From an uncultured Nitrospiraceae bacterium (GTDB lineage: Bacteria; Nitrospirota; Thermodesulfovibrionia; Thermodesulfovibrionales; Dissulfurispiraceae), in the NCBI GenBank assembly GCA_963727805.1, contig CAVSHF010000003.1:384001-448000 (forward strand): 64,000 bases of DNA. The letters are read 5' to 3'. The position numbers and the translations under genes are program-made. The notes below the pieces were generated by a model, which searched no databases, was not told where the DNA came from, and worked only from the letters and a program-made list of their open reading frames with translations. Positions within the stretch are counted from its first letter, which is position 1. Each line of letters opens with the position of its first letter. Below are positions 19,598 to 29,892 of the stretch, one piece after another.

Positions 19598-20890
19598 TTA
19601 GTGCCTGAAAGCCCGTTGGCCGGTGAATACCATCGTAACTTTAGGATTCGCTTCGTTGCATGCCTCGATGGATTCGCAGTCCCGCTCCGAGCCGCCGGGC
19701 TGCACAATGGCTCTGATACCCTCCTTGATACCTACATCGACGCCGTCGCGGAAGGGGAAAAAGGCGTCCGACACCATCGTAGAGCCTATGAGGCCGCCTT
19801 TATTCTGTTTCGTCTCCGCGTCGATCTCCCGCAAGGCCGCACTGTTGCGCTTACCCTGTGCAGCTTCGAGTTCGAATGATTTGTAGGGCACCCCATACTT
19901 TTTAAAACAGAGGGCATCGGCATATTTTGTATAGGCCTTGAATACAGCAATCTCGGCTACGCCTACACGGTCCTGCTCGCCGGTGCCGATACCCGCGGTT
20001 ACGCCATCCTTGACATAAATCACCGAGTTTGATGTAATCCCCTGCTCGACATTCCAACCAAAAAGCATATCGTCATACTCCTCGGATGTGGGCTGGCGCT
20101 CGATAGAGTATTCTTTCCCTTTGCAAACAGTTTTTGCGGGAAGGAAATCATCCCTCGTTCCGATGCGATTCACGGGCGACTGCTGTACGATGATACCCCC
20201 GTCGATCAACGACTTGAAGTCCACGAATCTGAGCGTGCGATGCTTTTCGAGTTTCTTGATACCATCTATCCTTACAATACGGAGGTTCTTACGCTTCGCA
20301 AGGATATCAAAGACACCATCCTCATAATCGGGTGCCCCGACAACTTCCAGATAGTTGTTCTCCACCATCTCAGCGGTGGTCTTATCCATAGGTCGGTTCA
20401 CGACCAGGCATCCGCCGAAGGCAGCAATACGATCAGCCATATTCGCTTTGTTATAAGCGTCGGCAACATTCTTCCCGCACGCGACGCCGCAAGGGTTATT
20501 GTGCTTCATAATTGCTGCTGCCGGCCGTTCAGCAAGGAACTTGAGAATGTTCAGCGCATTGTCGAGGTCCGTCAGGTTTGTTTTGCCAGGGTGTTTGCCT
20601 GCCTGAAGCATGTCCTCTTCGTTAATGCGGCTGACAAGCCCGTTGCCGACGTCAATATACTTGCAGTTGCCGAGTACAAGATTTCCGCTGATCAGCTCGT
20701 ACAGAGCGGCCTGCTGATCGGGGTTCTCGCCGTAACGAAGACCTTTTTCGATGAGGTCGCCCGTTTTGTCGTCGGCTATCTTCCAGGTGCGCTTGCGATA
20801 GGAGAGGACCTGCCCACCGAAGCTGATTGTGATCTGTGCGGGGAAGTCATCATCCATAATAGTCTTGTACATCTTTTTTAAGTCGGCCAT
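19598..20890 (-). CDS. purH: AICAR transformylase/IMP cyclohydrolase-family protein (PurH-like)
   Basis: LRYGENPDQ, KHNNPCG, AFGG, SNSVI, GIGTGEQDRV, SDAFFPFRDG, QPGGS and FTGQRAFRH motifs; lacks the canonical N-terminal MGS-like domain. Confidence 0.8.
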   Translation of the reverse strand: MADLKKMYKTIMDDDFPAQITISFGGQVLSYRKRTWKIADDKTGDLIEKGLRYGENPDQQAALYELISGNLVLGNCKYIDVGNGLVSRINEEDMLQAGKHPGKTNLTDLDNALNILKFLAERPAAAIMKHNNPCGVACGKNVADAYNKANMADRIAAFGGCLVVNRPMDKTTAEMVENNYLEVVGAPDYEDGVFDILAKRKNLRIVRIDGIKKLEKHRTLRFVDFKSLIDGGIIVQQSPVNRIGTRDDFLPAKTVCKGKEYSIERQPTSEEYDDMLFGWNVEQGITSNSVIYVKDGVTAGIGTGEQDRVGVAEIAVFKAYTKYADALCFKKYGVPYKSFELEAAQGKRNSAALREIDAETKQNKGGLIGSTMVSDAFFPFRDGVDVGIKEGIRAIVQPGGSERDCESIEACNEANPKVTMVFTGQRAFRH

Positions 20891-21040
20891 GGCATCCTCC
20901 GAAATTTATAGTCTGCAGTAATAATACCAGAGGCCGTTGCATATTCGGAAGCGATTATTAATACGCAATTAAAATTCGGATCTTGGCTTTCCTAGTTGAG
21001 ATAGGTTGACCCTTTCTTTCTGCGCACAATAAAATAAAGC

Positions 21041-21850
21041 ATGTGTGAATTCTGTACGAAACATGGAGATGGCAAGGTCTGGTATAAAAATGCCGCCAAT
21101 TACGCCACTGATCTGCTGGCGGATATAAAGCGCCGGAAATACATCGAAGAATTTCTCAGGTCGACCATAGAGGATGGGTTTAAGACCCTCGGAAGACTCG
21201 AAACCCTCTTCATGAAGAAGGGACGCCTTCCCGCAACCGTAATCAGGGCGCTTGAAGAAAAAGCCAAGGCCGAGCATTTTGGTCAAGTCCTTCCGATCGA
21301 AGAGATACGCGAGGTAGTGCTCAAGGCTGAGAGCGTTGTCAGGATGCCCTGCGCTTGCCGCTGGACAATGACACGGAAAGAAGAGAGGTGCTGCTATGCA
21401 GTAAGCTACAGCCCAGCTGCATGGTACAAGGGATTCGATATGAGCTATTTCGGCAAGACATCGGATGAAGGCCTGGAATCTGTTCGGTCGGATGAGGCTA
21501 TTAAGCAGATGGAGGCAATGGAAGAGCACGGCGCCATACATTCTATTTGGACCATGATTACGCCATTTATTGGTGCGGTATGCAATTGCACGGCACATGA
21601 TTGCATTGCGCTGCGAACTCTTTCAGGCATAGGGGCTCACACGATAGCGAGGGCCGAACATCAAGCGGTTGTTGATAGGGAATTGTGTGAGGGGTGTGGT
21701 CTCTGCTTCGAGCGCTGTCAGTTCGAGGCGATCGGCAGCGAAATGGAAGCAGGCAAGGGTATCGCTGTTATCGATGCAGAGAAATGTTATGGCTGCGGAT
21801 TGTGTCGACGTGCCTGTGCACCTCAAGCAATTTCACTCATACCGAGATAA
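21041..21850 (+). CDS. Fe-S protein with C-terminal 2x[4Fe-4S] ferredoxin domain
   Basis: CEGCGLCFERC and CYGCGLCRRAC motifs plus CEFC, CAC and CNC cysteine clusters. Confidence 0.8.
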   Translation: MCEFCTKHGDGKVWYKNAANYATDLLADIKRRKYIEEFLRSTIEDGFKTLGRLETLFMKKGRLPATVIRALEEKAKAEHFGQVLPIEEIREVVLKAESVVRMPCACRWTMTRKEERCCYAVSYSPAAWYKGFDMSYFGKTSDEGLESVRSDEAIKQMEAMEEHGAIHSIWTMITPFIGAVCNCTAHDCIALRTLSGIGAHTIARAEHQAVVDRELCEGCGLCFERCQFEAIGSEMEAGKGIAVIDAEKCYGCGLCRRACAPQAISLIPR

Positions 21851-21856
21851 TCTGCA

Positions 21857-22270
21857 ATGTTTCAACTTAACGACAGATTAAAAAATGATACGGTTGAAAT
21901 AGGCAGGCTGGAATTGTCGCTGCTTTTGCTGATAAATGAACGTTCACTGCCATGGGTTATACTTGTTCCCGAAAGGGACGGGATTAAAGAAATCGATGAG
22001 TTGTCGGCTGATGATCGAATTTTACTCATCGAAGAGATAGCCTGTGTGTCACAAGTAATTCGCCATTTGTATTACCCTGACAAGATCAATGTGGGCGCTC
22101 TCGGAAACGTTGTCCAGCAATTACATGTGCATGTCATCGGAAGATTTGTGACGGACCGCGCTTGGCCCGGACCGATATGGGGAATAGGGCAGATGCAAGC
22201 ATACCATATTGATGAGCTGGATAAAGTCTTGGCGCAGATTCGAACCGCTTTGAACGGGAGATTAAAATGA
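21857..22270 (+). CDS. HIT-family protein
   Basis: PDKINVGALGNVVQQLHVHVIGR...AWPGPIWG motif. Confidence 0.88.
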   Translation: MFQLNDRLKNDTVEIGRLELSLLLLINERSLPWVILVPERDGIKEIDELSADDRILLIEEIACVSQVIRHLYYPDKINVGALGNVVQQLHVHVIGRFVTDRAWPGPIWGIGQMQAYHIDELDKVLAQIRTALNGRLK

Positions 22271-22581
22271 GATCTTCTCTGCTGTTTTCAGCGACGTTCT
22301 GTCTCTGTATAATCCTTGCACTGGCGGTATCACTCCTATACGCCCAATCCGATCTTTCTGTGGATGAAAGAGTTGCCATTGTCGAGAAGAAGATCGAAGG
22401 AGGGGTTGTTCGGGCAGACCTTATAAGAAACGAATATTCTAGGCTTAAACCGAGGCTGGCAGTGGTGAAATACAAGAGGGCAAAGATTAAAAAAGATGGG
22501 GTAACAAAACAGGCATACAAGGACCTCGATTGCTACCTGTATGGACTCGAAAAGGACAGGACAGATTGCTCAACAGTTTAA
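22267..22581 (+). CDS. Hypothetical exported protein
   Basis: ATGA overlap with HIT gene; hydrophobic N-terminal signal-like segment ending LYA-Q. Confidence 0.55.
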   Translation: MRSSLLFSATFCLCIILALAVSLLYAQSDLSVDERVAIVEKKIEGGVVRADLIRNEYSRLKPRLAVVKYKRAKIKKDGVTKQAYKDLDCYLYGLEKDRTDCSTV

Positions 22582-22598
22582 AGAGACGATAGCCAGGG

Positions 22599-24461
22599 AT
22601 GATACAGGCAAACAACATATCGAAGTCATACGGCAAACAGGTTATTTTTGACGAAGTTGGTTTTACCATCAATCCGGGCGAACGCGTCGGACTCGTTGGT
22701 AGGAATGGGTATGGCAAGACGACTCTCTTTAAGATGATCATTGGAGAGGAGCACCCCGATGCAGGCGCCATCAGCATACCCAATAATTATGTCCTCGGAT
22801 ACTTATCTCAGCATCTCTCTTTTGCTGCCGATACGATTTTAAAGGAAGGAAGCCTTAGCCTGAGGGCTGATGAAGATGGAAAGGATGAATTGTATCGGGT
22901 CAAGACAGTCCTTCTTGGCCTCGGGTTCACCACCGAAGATTTCGACCGAAGCCCTCAGGAGCTTTCCGGAGGATTCCAGGTCCGGTTAAGCCTCGCAAAG
23001 GTGCTGCTCGGCGAACCCGACCTGTTAATGCTTGACGAACCGACCAACTACCTCGATATCCTCTCGATCCGCTGGCTGAAGGAGTTCCTACGGAACTGGA
23101 AGCACGAAATGATAATTATCACTCATGATCGTGACTTCATGGATAGCGTTACGACCCATACCATGGGAATCCATCGGTGCAAGATACGGAAAATCCCCGG
23201 AACGACTGAGAAGCTTTACAGCCAACTTCTGATGGAAGAAGAGATGTACGAGAGGACCCGGATGAACGACGAAAAAAAGCGTGCCGAGATAGAGAAATTT
23301 ATCAGCCGATTCAGGGCTCAGGCGACCAAGGCCAGAGCAGTCCAGTCTAAGATCAAGGCTCTGGGGAAAAAAGATAGGATGCAACAACTCGAAGAGGCGA
23401 AGACACTCGATTTTGCTTTCCCTTATGAGCCTTTTGAGGGCAGGTGGCTGATGACATGCCATGAACTCTCCTTTTCATATTCAAGGGAAGAGAACCCTCT
23501 GATCAATGGTTTCAGTATTTCTGTTGGCCGTAATGATCGGATAGCCATTATCGGAAAGAACGGCAAGGGGAAAACGACCCTCTTAAATCTGCTTGCCGGT
23601 GAACTGATGCCTGATGAAGGAGAGATTGTCCACAATCAGAAAACACGAACAGGCTATTTTGGACAGACCAATATCGACCGGCTCGATCCCGGCAAAACGG
23701 TCGAACAAGAGATACTCGACGTCCATCCTGACTATAACCGGCGGGCCGCCCGTACGATTTGCGGCATCATGCTTTTCGAGGGAGACGATGCGTTGAAAAA
23801 GATCAATGTGCTCTCCGGAGGTGAAAAGAGCCGTGTCATGCTCGCTAAAATCCTTGTAAGCCCATCTAACCTCCTGCTTCTGGACGAGCCTACGAACCAT
23901 CTCGATATGGAATCGGTCGATTCTTTGGTCGAAGCTCTGGATGCATATGAAGGAGCGGTGATCATCGTCACTCACAGCGAGATGATTCTCAACAGCCTTG
24001 TGAGCCGGCTAATAATCTTTGATGATGACAAGGTGACGGTTTTTGAAGGGACATATGAAGATTTTCTCAGCAGAGTAGGCTGGAAGAGCGAAGTAGCTGA
24101 AGCCGTGCCGTCCGAAGGTGGCAATGAACGAGGCAAAGGGTTGGACCGAAGAGAGGCTAGACGTTTGAGGGCTGAACTTGTCAATGAACGCTCGAAGGCC
24201 CTCGGGACACTCCAGACCCGGATACAAGAAGCTGAAGAGTCCATCATAACCCATGAAAAAAGCATCGAACGCGATACGGAGGAACTTATCAAGGCCTCTG
24301 AAAAGGGCGATTGGCAATCGATCCAGAGGCTGTCAAGAGCCATCCACGATGCTAAAGAGGAAATCGAGCGTCTCTTTGGCGAGCTTGAGGTTCTGACAGA
24401 AAGATATTCGGGCCGGACAAAGGAATTTGAAGAGCGTCTTGCGGGGCTTGGCCAGCTCTAA
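22599..24461 (+). CDS. ABC-F family ATPase
   Basis: Two ABC domains (GRNGYGKTT, LSGGF, DEPTNYLD; GKNGKGKTT, LSGGEK, DEPTNHLD), no TM segments, coiled-coil C-terminus. Confidence 0.92.
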   Translation: MIQANNISKSYGKQVIFDEVGFTINPGERVGLVGRNGYGKTTLFKMIIGEEHPDAGAISIPNNYVLGYLSQHLSFAADTILKEGSLSLRADEDGKDELYRVKTVLLGLGFTTEDFDRSPQELSGGFQVRLSLAKVLLGEPDLLMLDEPTNYLDILSIRWLKEFLRNWKHEMIIITHDRDFMDSVTTHTMGIHRCKIRKIPGTTEKLYSQLLMEEEMYERTRMNDEKKRAEIEKFISRFRAQATKARAVQSKIKALGKKDRMQQLEEAKTLDFAFPYEPFEGRWLMTCHELSFSYSREENPLINGFSISVGRNDRIAIIGKNGKGKTTLLNLLAGELMPDEGEIVHNQKTRTGYFGQTNIDRLDPGKTVEQEILDVHPDYNRRAARTICGIMLFEGDDALKKINVLSGGEKSRVMLAKILVSPSNLLLLDEPTNHLDMESVDSLVEALDAYEGAVIIVTHSEMILNSLVSRLIIFDDDKVTVFEGTYEDFLSRVGWKSEVAEAVPSEGGNERGKGLDRREARRLRAELVNERSKALGTLQTRIQEAEESIITHEKSIERDTEELIKASEKGDWQSIQRLSRAIHDAKEEIERLFGELEVLTERYSGRTKEFEERLAGLGQL

Positions 24462-24591
24462 TGCCCGTGTCAGAATAATACCTACAGCCGTCCAGCCCAA
24501 ATCTTACGTTAAAATCAGTGCTTGGCTGATACCAATTTTATGATGTCAACCGCTATATTGAGAGTGTAATTTCGAGTCAAGGAGGTCTATT

Positions 24592-24840
24592 ATGGGTGTA
24601 AAGGCACTCGCAGAGGCGATCATACTCCAGGCAGCAGAGGATTTTCTGAAGGAAGACCGGCAGGAGGAGGATGTGCTATTTTTCGGCGGTGAGGGATTCA
24701 GGCTATGCTCTGAAATGGCCGGGATGGACCACACAGAAAAATGCGCCTTTCTTGACGTCATCAGAGCATCAGCCCCCGTCCGCTATCCAGAGAAGAAAAA
24801 GAGCATGTCAAGGGGAAGTCAGAGGGTATTGCATATTTAA
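24592..24840 (+). CDS. Hypothetical protein
   Basis: AGGAGG 7 nt before ATG; protein-like composition (LAEAIILQAAEDF...FFGGEGFRLC). Confidence 0.6.
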   Translation: MGVKALAEAIILQAAEDFLKEDRQEEDVLFFGGEGFRLCSEMAGMDHTEKCAFLDVIRASAPVRYPEKKKSMSRGSQRVLHI

Positions 24841-25103
24841 CGATGCGGCAATGGAGAGGTTGAAAAAGGCCCTCCTTGCTTCTGCCTCGAGCTATTTTAT
24901 GTTCTCTGCCGGATAGTCCGCTTCTTTGCGAGCTTTGATTCCGCCCGGATAAAGATAGACTGCGGCTGCATTTCGCAAATCGGCAGTAAAATACAATGCC
25001 TTTTTTTTGTGTGGAACGTTATATACTTCTTTGCGGTTTATTGGCAATCAGGCGCTAAGCGACACTTTTTGTGAGTTTGAGGCTCATTGAACTGACATAT
25101 GGA

Positions 25104-26003
25104 TTACATTGATATCTGTTTGGATTCGGTCAGGACATGCTCGAAAAAGAGCGTATACGCAGCGGGCAGTGACCGTTTCTTATGGGTTATGACATAGAAA
25201 TTCCTTTTCATCTGCACATCTGCAAGTTCGATTTCCTTCAGTATTTTATATTTCAGCTCATCCCTGACCGAAAGGCGCGAAAGAATCGAAATTCCCATTC
25301 CCGCTTTGACTGCCTGCTTTATTGAATCGGTTGAGCCGAATAATCCTACAATATTCATAGTGTCGATGTTCAGACCTTTGCTGCTGAAAATTCTCTCGAT
25401 CTCTTTTCTTGTCCCCGACCCTTCTTCGCGCAGGACCATGGGGAGTGAAACGATTTCCTGAAATTTGATAGTCTCTTTTTTAGCGGAGTGAGGCGCTGTA
25501 ACGATGATCAGTTCATCCTCGATGAGAGGAGTATATGTTATCTGGGAATTAATAAGTTTTGCACCCACAATGCCGATGAGTATTTCATGCGCCAGGACCT
25601 TTCGGACAATCTCTTTCGAATCGGCAATTATTATCTGAAATGAAATGGAGGGATATTTTTTTCTGAATGTAGCCATGACTGGCGGTAACAGATAAGTACC
25701 GGGAATAGTGCTTGCCCCGATGACGAGTTCTCCTGCAGGCTCTTTCTTGAACTGGCTGATTACCTCTTTCACAGCATCAGCCTTTTCGATGATCTCGATA
25801 GCATGTCCAAATAACGCTTCAGCTTCCTTTGTCGGGAGGATGGACCGTCCCAAACGATCGAATAACCGACATCCGAATTCATCCTCGAGTGTCTTGATAT
25901 GGTCGCTGATGGTGGGCTGTGTAAGATAGAGTTCTTCAGAAGCCCGTGAAAAGCTTCTATTCCGGAAAACGGACACAAAGATTCTGAGTTGATGTATATC
26001 CAT
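25104..26003 (-). CDS. LysR-family transcriptional regulator (CysL/selenium-metabolism-associated-like)
   Basis: SFSRASEELYLTQPTISDHIKTLE HTH; GASTIPGTYLLP and LREEGSGTR substrate-domain motifs. Confidence 0.9.
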   Translation of the reverse strand: MDIHQLRIFVSVFRNRSFSRASEELYLTQPTISDHIKTLEDEFGCRLFDRLGRSILPTKEAEALFGHAIEIIEKADAVKEVISQFKKEPAGELVIGASTIPGTYLLPPVMATFRKKYPSISFQIIIADSKEIVRKVLAHEILIGIVGAKLINSQITYTPLIEDELIIVTAPHSAKKETIKFQEIVSLPMVLREEGSGTRKEIERIFSSKGLNIDTMNIVGLFGSTDSIKQAVKAGMGISILSRLSVRDELKYKILKEIELADVQMKRNFYVITHKKRSLPAAYTLFFEHVLTESKQISM

Positions 26004-26105
26004 AGAACAAATTATAGCATATCATGATGTTTCTATTGGGCTAATCCATAGTGCAGCAGTCAGGACCTTTTGACCACCTGTCGTCTGACCTGATAAACTG
26101 GGTAT

Positions 26106-26741
26106 ATGAAAGTCTGTGAAATCTTTGCGAGTATTCAGGGAGAGTCAACATATGCGGGTCTCCCTTGCATATTTGTCAGAATGACGGGTTGCAACCTCAG
26201 GTGTAAATACTGTGATACTACATATGCCTATGATCAAGGATCTGAAATGACTGTGCAAGAGATAATCGATGCTGTGCGCTGTTTCGGTTTTAACCTCGTC
26301 GAGATTACCGGAGGTGAACCTTTGCTGCAAAGAGATACTGGCGCTCTCATCTCATTGCTTCTCAATATGAAGTTCAAGGTTATGATCGAAACAAATGGCA
26401 GTGCGAATATCGGAGATATTGACCGGAGAGCGATCATCATCATGGATGTAAAAACCCCGGGAAGTGGCATGTCTGGTAGTGTGCGCATTGAGAATATAGC
26501 TCTTCTAAAGAAAAGTGATGAACTGAAATTCGTGATCACTGACAAGGTGGATTATGATTGGGCTCGTGCGATGGTTAGACAATTTAGTTTGTCCGAAAAA
26601 TGCACAGTTCTTTTTTCGCCGGTCTACGGAAAGCTCGAACCACTGGAGCTTTCCAAATGGATTATCGCTGATAAACTGCCCGTAAGAATAAACCTTCAGC
26701 TCCACAAGTATATCTACAGTCCCGACCAAAGAGGCGTCTGA
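26106..26741 (+). CDS. queE: 7-carboxy-7-deazaguanine synthase (radical SAM)
   Basis: EIFASIQGE, GCNLRCKYCDT, ITGGEPLLQ, IETNGS and QLHKYI motifs. Confidence 0.9.
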   Translation: MKVCEIFASIQGESTYAGLPCIFVRMTGCNLRCKYCDTTYAYDQGSEMTVQEIIDAVRCFGFNLVEITGGEPLLQRDTGALISLLLNMKFKVMIETNGSANIGDIDRRAIIIMDVKTPGSGMSGSVRIENIALLKKSDELKFVITDKVDYDWARAMVRQFSLSEKCTVLFSPVYGKLEPLELSKWIIADKLPVRINLQLHKYIYSPDQRGV

Positions 26742-26803
26742 TTACTTATTGGTGATTCGATGCCGCAAGAACCCTGATCTGTAACGTTCACTAGAAATTG
26801 AGT

Positions 26804-26832
26804 TTGACAATATAGGAAAAACTCGTTAACAT
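26804..26832 (+). promoter_or_regulatory. Sigma70-type promoter of zur-znu operon
   Basis: TTGACA (26804-26809), N17, TAACAT (26827-26832). Confidence 0.6.
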
Positions 26833-26833
26833 A

Positions 26834-26858
26834 ATAAATAGAAATCATTTCTATTTAT
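26834..26858. promoter_or_regulatory. Putative Zur/Fur-family operator
   Basis: Perfect 12-1-12 palindrome ATAAATAGAAAT-C-ATTTCTATTTAT just downstream of the -10, upstream of the Fur-family gene. Confidence 0.75.
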
Positions 26859-26875
26859 GAATGAAATCGTGATGT

Positions 26876-27313
26876 ATGAAAGAAAATAAGTATACCGATT
26901 TTCTCAAACAACTCCAGCTGAAAGCAACCCCGAGAAGGGTGGCTGTGCTGACTATCCTTGCAGGGGAGCAAGCCTATGCCGGTCCAGAGGAGATATGGAA
27001 GAAGATGAAGACAAAATTTAACAGGATTGGCCTCCCGACGGTCTATCGTATCCTTGAGGAATTATCGGATAAGGGTGTTATCACAAAGATTATTCATCCA
27101 AGTCGGCAACTCTTCTATTATTACTGTGGCAATGCCGGGCACCATCATCATTTCATCTGCGTTTCGTGCAGGAAGGTCGAAGATGTGAATTTCTGCGCTA
27201 CAGGGGCGATTGAAAACGAGGTTACAAGAAATCTGAAAGGTAAGGTTCTCTCCCATATACTACAGATTAATGGCCTTTGCGAGCCCTGCTCAAAAAAAGA
27301 AGGCTGTGAATGA
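26876..27313 (+). CDS. zur: Fur-family regulator, probably Zur
   Basis: IGLPTVYRILE, HHHHFICVSC and CEPC motifs; heads a znuACB operon. Confidence 0.8.
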   Translation: MKENKYTDFLKQLQLKATPRRVAVLTILAGEQAYAGPEEIWKKMKTKFNRIGLPTVYRILEELSDKGVITKIIHPSRQLFYYYCGNAGHHHHFICVSCRKVEDVNFCATGAIENEVTRNLKGKVLSHILQINGLCEPCSKKEGCE

Positions 27314-28266
27314 ACATTAAAATAATAGCAATTCCGCTGCTCGTTTCTCTCTTGATAGTCACCTGCATATCTTGCGGGAAAGATGCAAAGTCTCCTGAAG
27401 CAGGTGCACATAAACTCAAGGTCGTCGTGAGTCTGTATCCGCTATATGACTTTGTTCGAAATATCGGCAAGGATAAAGTGGATGTCGAACTGCTTCTTCC
27501 ACCCGGTGTCGAACCACACAGTTTTGAGCCTAATCCCGCTGATATTCTCCATCTCAATCACGCTGATATTTTCGTTTATACGAATAAATATATGGAACCT
27601 TGGGTGGAAGACATTATTAGAGGGATGGACAGCGGAAAGATGCTCATCCTCGATTCAAGCAGAGGGGTCCTTTTTACGGAAGAGAGAGACGATGGCGAAG
27701 AAGGACACCACAGCAAAGAGAAGCGAGGACATGTGGGAATGGACCCTCACATATGGCTCGACCTTGGCAATGCGATGATGATGGTTGACACAGTCCGGGA
27801 CGGGTTTATTCAAAAGGATCCTGCGAACCAAGATTATTACCAAAAAAATGCCGCTCAATACAAAATAGTGCTTCAGGGACTAGATATGAAATTCAGGAAG
27901 GGACTCAGCAGTTGCAAAAAAAGAGTGTTTATCAACGGCGGACATTTTGCCTTCGAATATCTTGCCCGCAGATATGGACTTACTTATGTATCGGCCTATG
28001 GCATCTCTCCGGATGCAGAACCGACTCCAGGGCAGCTGGTAAAAATAAGCAGGATGGTCAGGAAGGAGGGTTTGAAGTACCTCTTTTACGAAGAACTGCT
28101 CACTCCTCGAGTGGCCGAAATGTTAGCTCGCGAAACGGGCGTACAGCTTCTCTTTCTTCACGGAGCGCATAATATCAGCAAGGAGGAATTTGTCCGAGGG
28201 GTCACTTTTGTTGAGTTGATGGAAAAGAACCTGGAAAATCTGGAAACGGGGCTTCAATGCCGGTAA
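27310..28266 (+). CDS. znuA: Zn/Mn ABC transporter substrate-binding lipoprotein
   Basis: Lipobox-like ISC; PPGVEPHSFEP, DPHIWL, His/acidic loop and HFAFEYLARRYGL motifs. Confidence 0.85.
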   Translation: MNIKIIAIPLLVSLLIVTCISCGKDAKSPEAGAHKLKVVVSLYPLYDFVRNIGKDKVDVELLLPPGVEPHSFEPNPADILHLNHADIFVYTNKYMEPWVEDIIRGMDSGKMLILDSSRGVLFTEERDDGEEGHHSKEKRGHVGMDPHIWLDLGNAMMMVDTVRDGFIQKDPANQDYYQKNAAQYKIVLQGLDMKFRKGLSSCKKRVFINGGHFAFEYLARRYGLTYVSAYGISPDAEPTPGQLVKISRMVRKEGLKYLFYEELLTPRVAEMLARETGVQLLFLHGAHNISKEEFVRGVTFVELMEKNLENLETGLQCR

Positions 28267-28267
28267 A

Positions 28268-29011
28268 ATGATCAATATCGAAAAATTATCTTACAGTTAC
28301 AATTCAATCGAAGTCTTGAGCAATATCTCTTGCGATATTGATGAAGGAGATTATATCGGCCTCGTCGGTCCGAACGGTTCAGGTAAATCGACACTCATAA
28401 AATTGATATTGGGGCTGTTGATGCCGACTTCCGGCCGTGTGAGGCTTTTGGGACATCCGTCATCTGAATTTAAATGCCGCGAGGCAATAGGCTATCTGCC
28501 GCAGAAGATGAGCTTTTTCAATCCCTATTTTCCTTCTACTGTCAAGGAAATTGTTGCATTGGGGTTAGTATCGAGGAAGAAATTCCCCAAGCGGCTCAAT
28601 GCCGCCGACGAGAAAACGATCGACAGGACACTCGAGATACTGAATATAGCGGATATCGGGCACAAGATGATAGGAGACCTCTCGGGAGGCCAGCAACAAA
28701 GGGTCTTTATCGCACGAGCGCTCGTCAACAAGCCGGAACTCCTGTTTCTTGACGAGCCGACCACCGCGCTCGATCCCGAAACACGGGAAAACTTTTTCGA
28801 GGTCCTAAGCGATCTGAACCGTAACAATAAAGTTACGGTGGTGCTGGTGACTCATGATATCGGAACCATCGGCAAATATGCTTCGAAGCTCTTATATATA
28901 GATAGAGGAGTAATATTTTATGGCAGTTTCGATGAATTTTGCCTGTCCGGCGATATGACAAGATTTTTTGGAGCATCATCGCAGCATCTCATCTGTCACA
29001 GGCATGAATAA
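28268..29011 (+). CDS. znuC: Metal ABC transporter ATP-binding subunit
   Basis: GPNGSGKST, IGYLPQK, LSGGQQQRVFIARAL and C-terminal HLICHRH. Confidence 0.87.
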   Translation: MINIEKLSYSYNSIEVLSNISCDIDEGDYIGLVGPNGSGKSTLIKLILGLLMPTSGRVRLLGHPSSEFKCREAIGYLPQKMSFFNPYFPSTVKEIVALGLVSRKKFPKRLNAADEKTIDRTLEILNIADIGHKMIGDLSGGQQQRVFIARALVNKPELLFLDEPTTALDPETRENFFEVLSDLNRNNKVTVVLVTHDIGTIGKYASKLLYIDRGVIFYGSFDEFCLSGDMTRFFGASSQHLICHRHE

Positions 29012-29043
29012 TATCACGATTATGAGTTACTTTTGGGGATTGG

Positions 29044-29874
29044 ATGTCGATTATAGAATATCTTGATTATGGATTCATTCAGAGGGCGATAATTTCAGGA
29101 GCGTTCATAGCGGTACTCTGCTCCACTCTCGGCGTTCTACTTGTGCTACGTCGGCTTTCCCTCATCGGCGACGGTCTTGCTCATGTGACGTTTGGGAGCG
29201 TAGCCCTCGGCCTGTTGTTCAGGGTTTATCCCCTCTACATCTCTCTCCCAGTTGTAATGGCGAGTTCGCTTGGTATTTTAAAACTGATGGAACGGGCGCG
29301 GATCTTCGGGGACGCGGCAATCGGCATACTGTCAGCCCTTGGAATTGCAGGGGGTATTCTGGCGGCGAGTCTTGCCGGAGGGTTTAATGTGGACCTCTTC
29401 AGTTACCTGTTCGGGAATATATTATCTATCAGCGTTCAGGAGGTCTATACATCAATCTGTCTTTCGGTGATAGTGCTGTCAGTCATTGTATTTAATTATC
29501 ACGATATATTTTCAATAACGTTTGACGAAGAGTTCGCAAAGGCAAGCGGCATCAATGTGAACAGAATCAATACCATGATCGTGCTCTTTACAGCGATTAC
29601 CGTAGTCCTTACCATGAAAGTAGTCGGCATCATGCTTACATCCGCCCTTTTGATATTTCCGGCGGTCACCGCTTTTCAGGTAGCCCGCGGGTTCAAATAC
29701 GCACTCTTGATTGCCGCTACTGTTGCGCTCTCTTCGGTCATTAGCGGCATTTTCTTGTCCCTGCTTTTCAATCTTCCGACGGGGGCATCGATAGTTAGCG
29801 TCAATTTCATTTTTTTTGCTCTTGCCTTCATTTGCAAAAGCTCTTTTGGCGATAGTAGGGGCCACCGGGCTTGA
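29044..29874 (+). CDS. znuB: Metal ABC transporter permease (ABC-3)
   Basis: RRLSLIGDGLAHV, DLFSYLFGNIL and FDEEFAKASG motifs. Confidence 0.88.
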   Translation: MSIIEYLDYGFIQRAIISGAFIAVLCSTLGVLLVLRRLSLIGDGLAHVTFGSVALGLLFRVYPLYISLPVVMASSLGILKLMERARIFGDAAIGILSALGIAGGILAASLAGGFNVDLFSYLFGNILSISVQEVYTSICLSVIVLSVIVFNYHDIFSITFDEEFAKASGINVNRINTMIVLFTAITVVLTMKVVGIMLTSALLIFPAVTAFQVARGFKYALLIAATVALSSVISGIFLSLLFNLPTGASIVSVNFIFFALAFICKSSFGDSRGHRA

Positions 29875-29892
29875 TGGCAAAAGGAAATAATT

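Noticed and set aside
20891..21040. ZTP (pfl) riboswitch upstream of purH
   Set aside because: None of the conserved ZTP aptamer sequence elements were recognisable
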